Below are positions 32,734 through 34,781 of a stretch of DNA of 34,781 nt, in pieces. This DNA comes from an uncultured virus (IMG/VR IMGVR_UViG_3300005512_000007) (Duplodnaviria > Heunggongvirae > Uroviricota > Caudoviricetes). The position numbers were made by a program, and so were the translations under genes. Under the pieces are notes generated by a model. The model made no database searches and was not told the DNA's origin. It saw only the letters and a list, made by a program, of their open reading frames with translations. Position 1 is the first letter of the stretch. The number at the start of each line of letters is the position of its first letter. Where the stretch lies: the IMG/VR virus record IMGVR_UViG_3300005512_000007. One strand, 5' to 3'.

Positions 32734-34025
32734 TGGCTGTTTCTTCTACTTCTTCAGGTTCTCTTAAAACAGGGGTATGTCTTTCAACAGACCGCCCCGA
32801 TAACCCTTATAACGGTCAGGTTATCTATGAGACCGATACCAACCGCACGTTGATTTATGATAATTCTGCGTGGGTTGTTATTTCTGACCCGGCTTTGTTG
32901 TCGTTCTCTGGCTCTGCTGCCTCAGTCACAGGTAACTTGACTGGAAATGTCACGGGCGATTTGACTGGGGACGTTGCTGCTTCCGCTGTGACTATTGGTG
33001 GGGAGTATATGACTCCGTATGCGGGTCGTAGGAACCTGTTGTATAACGGCGCGATGCAGGTAGCGCAGAGAAGTACGTCTTCTGCTGGGATCACGTCAAC
33101 TGGCTACACTACTGCGGATAGATGGGCCTCTGACGTTATTGCACTTGGGGCTTGGACTCAGAGCGTTGAGAATGATGCCCCGACTGGTCTGGGTTTCCGT
33201 AAATCGTTGAAGATGCTGTGTACGACTGCTGATGCTGCTCCTGCTTCTGGTTATCGCGTTGGCGTAACGCAACGTCTTGAAGGTCAAGATTTGCAGCAGA
33301 TCAAGAAAGGCACGTCTGCCGCAGAGCAGTTGACTTTGTCGTTTTGGGTGAAGTCAAATGTAACCGGAACTTACATTGTCGAATTATTTGATATAGATAA
33401 TACCCGCTATGTTTCTGCTTCGTATTCCGTGTCTGCGTCTGCGACATGGGAAAAGAAAACCATTACGTTCCCTGCTGATACGACTGGATCGTTCAATAAC
33501 GATAATGGTCATTCTTTGTCAATGTTTTTTTGGTTGGGTGCAGGTAGTTCCTATTCGTCTGGTTCTCCGTTGAACACTTCATGGGGCGCGCCCGGAGATA
33601 ACACCCGTATTACGGGTCAAACTAATCTTGCTGCTGCTACCAACAACTATTGGCAGATCACAGGTGTCCAACTAGAACTTGGTGATAAGGCGACCCCGTT
33701 TGAACATCGTTCTTATGGGGAAGAGTTAGCGTTGTGTCAGAGGTATTATGAAAACTTCTGGGCTGCATACACGGGATGGCCTTACAGTACTGCAGCCGCT
33801 AGTTTTGGAGTGAATTGGAAAGTGCTAAAACGAGTATCACCATCATGGACGCTCCAAAGCGGTTATGTGCAGTACGGACCGGGAGGACAACAAAACATGT
33901 CTTCATTGGTGGGCCTTCAAACCCATCCGCAAGGTGCGTTGGTTTATCTTACCGTTCCGAGCGGATTTACTGTAAACAGCGGATGTGTCGGCGCTGTTGG
34001 TATTCATGTGGATGCTGAGTTATGA
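32730..34025 (+). CDS. Fibre/receptor-binding protein 2 with carbohydrate-binding-like domain
   Basis: Same N-module; RNLLYNGAMQVAQR...DRW...GVQLE.G..ATPFEHRSYGEELALCQRYY. Confidence 0.8.
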   Translation: MMAVSSTSSGSLKTGVCLSTDRPDNPYNGQVIYETDTNRTLIYDNSAWVVISDPALLSFSGSAASVTGNLTGNVTGDLTGDVAASAVTIGGEYMTPYAGRRNLLYNGAMQVAQRSTSSAGITSTGYTTADRWASDVIALGAWTQSVENDAPTGLGFRKSLKMLCTTADAAPASGYRVGVTQRLEGQDLQQIKKGTSAAEQLTLSFWVKSNVTGTYIVELFDIDNTRYVSASYSVSASATWEKKTITFPADTTGSFNNDNGHSLSMFFWLGAGSSYSSGSPLNTSWGAPGDNTRITGQTNLAAATNNYWQITGVQLELGDKATPFEHRSYGEELALCQRYYENFWAAYTGWPYSTAAASFGVNWKVLKRVSPSWTLQSGYVQYGPGGQQNMSSLVGLQTHPQGALVYLTVPSGFTVNSGCVGAVGIHVDAEL

Positions 34026-34189
34026 CATACCAAATTAAAACTGCAACAGAGTTTACTGATGGGTTTGTGATTGACGTTAATAATTCTTTGTGGATTCCAA
34101 TAGACGAAGGAAACAGAAACTACAGAGAATACCTTGCATGGCTAGAAGAGGGCAACGTCCCCGAAGAATGGAACCCGGGAGGTGAATGA
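34022..34189 (+). CDS. Fibre chaperone-like small protein (55 aa)
   Basis: Manual translation ...IPIDEGNRNYREYLAWLEEGNVP...; coupled at both ends. Confidence 0.75.
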   Translation: MTYQIKTATEFTDGFVIDVNNSLWIPIDEGNRNYREYLAWLEEGNVPEEWNPGGE

Positions 34190-34500
34190 TGGGCTTAAGT
34201 AACTCTGTACCGAACAGTATTCTCCAGCCGGGAGTCTGCACCTCAACAACCCGTCCTGCTTTGCCATACAACGGGCAGGTCGTCTACGAAACAGACACCG
34301 AATACACGTACGTGTACGACGGCACCTCATGGATTCTCCACGCTAACGCCGTGGGCGTCCCCATCTATCTCAACGGACAGTCCATCACAGCGGATTACAC
34401 GATCCCGTCAGGATACAATGGTGTTTCTGCTGGCCCCATTACTATTGCTGATGGAGTAACAGTAACAGTGTCTTCTGGTAGTGAGTGGAGTATCGTATGA
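34186..34500 (+). CDS. Short fibre/adaptor protein 3 (same N-module)
   Basis: PGVCTSTTRP..PYNGQVVYETDT; SAGPITI..GVTVTV..GS.W.IV. Confidence 0.75.
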   Translation: MMGLSNSVPNSILQPGVCTSTTRPALPYNGQVVYETDTEYTYVYDGTSWILHANAVGVPIYLNGQSITADYTIPSGYNGVSAGPITIADGVTVTVSSGSEWSIV

Positions 34501-34781
34501 GCAGGTTAACGGTCGGGTCTATTGAGGGTTTGACAGAGAACAGTAATGTTATTTCTGTCCCCACTGGTCATAGTTTGAATGTTGCTGATGCGGGCGGTCT
34601 ACAGATCGGTGGTTCTGCCATCACACAAGGCAAGATTTTGCAGGTTGTGTCCACCACGTTCACGGATACTACGTCAGCAACTTGTAGTGGCGCTTTTACT
34701 GATTTGTCTGGTTTGAGTGTGTCTATCACTCCTTCATCGGCAAGCAGTCAAGTGTATTTTCAGGCAATGATCCCGTATATG
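34497..34781 (+). CDS. Fibre protein, truncated by window edge
   Basis: MSRLTVGSIEG...GKILQVV...LSVSITPSSASS; ATGA coupling. Confidence 0.7.
   Translation, partial: MSRLTVGSIEGLTENSNVISVPTGHSLNVADAGGLQIGGSAITQGKILQVVSTTFTDTTSATCSGAFTDLSGLSVSITPSSASSQVYFQAMIPYM

Noticed and set aside
1..34781. Stop-codon reassignment
   Set aside because: Core genes are full length in the standard code, all three stops are used, and no suppressor anticodon was seen.

Overview
A 34.8-kb segment of a tailed dsDNA phage, probably infecting a high-GC actinobacterium (WhiB, actinobacterial-type DnaA/LexA boxes, leaderless genes). Two divergent arms meet at a ~1.6-kb non-coding hub (10340-11935). The left arm (minus strand, 1-10335) is an early-type operon: small hypotheticals, a ferredoxin-like DUF1281-type protein, a MoxR AAA+/HExxH-VWA pair, a SNF2 helicase and a DUF6011-type protein. 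It carries three recurring cis-elements: a promoter box, a covarying Shine-Dalgarno hairpin with CCAUACC repeats, and a gene-junction motif. The hub holds a ~680-nt hairpin-rich candidate RNA and a dense array of DnaA boxes with LexA- and CRP-like sites. The right arm (mostly plus strand) starts with two ADP-ribosyltransferase-like genes sharing a synonymously conserved MTLGPQF N-terminus. Then come ATP-grasp, 2OG-Fe(II) oxygenase, methyltransferase and WhiB genes, a candidate sRNA, an HNH gene between a tRNA 5' half and a full tRNA-Leu(UAA), a non-canonical tRNA-Ile(UAU)-like gene, and a cluster of GNA-loop DNA hairpins. The arm ends with terminase, portal, scaffold, N4-gp56-type major capsid and modular fibre genes. 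All family calls come from motif recognition by eye; no searches were run.
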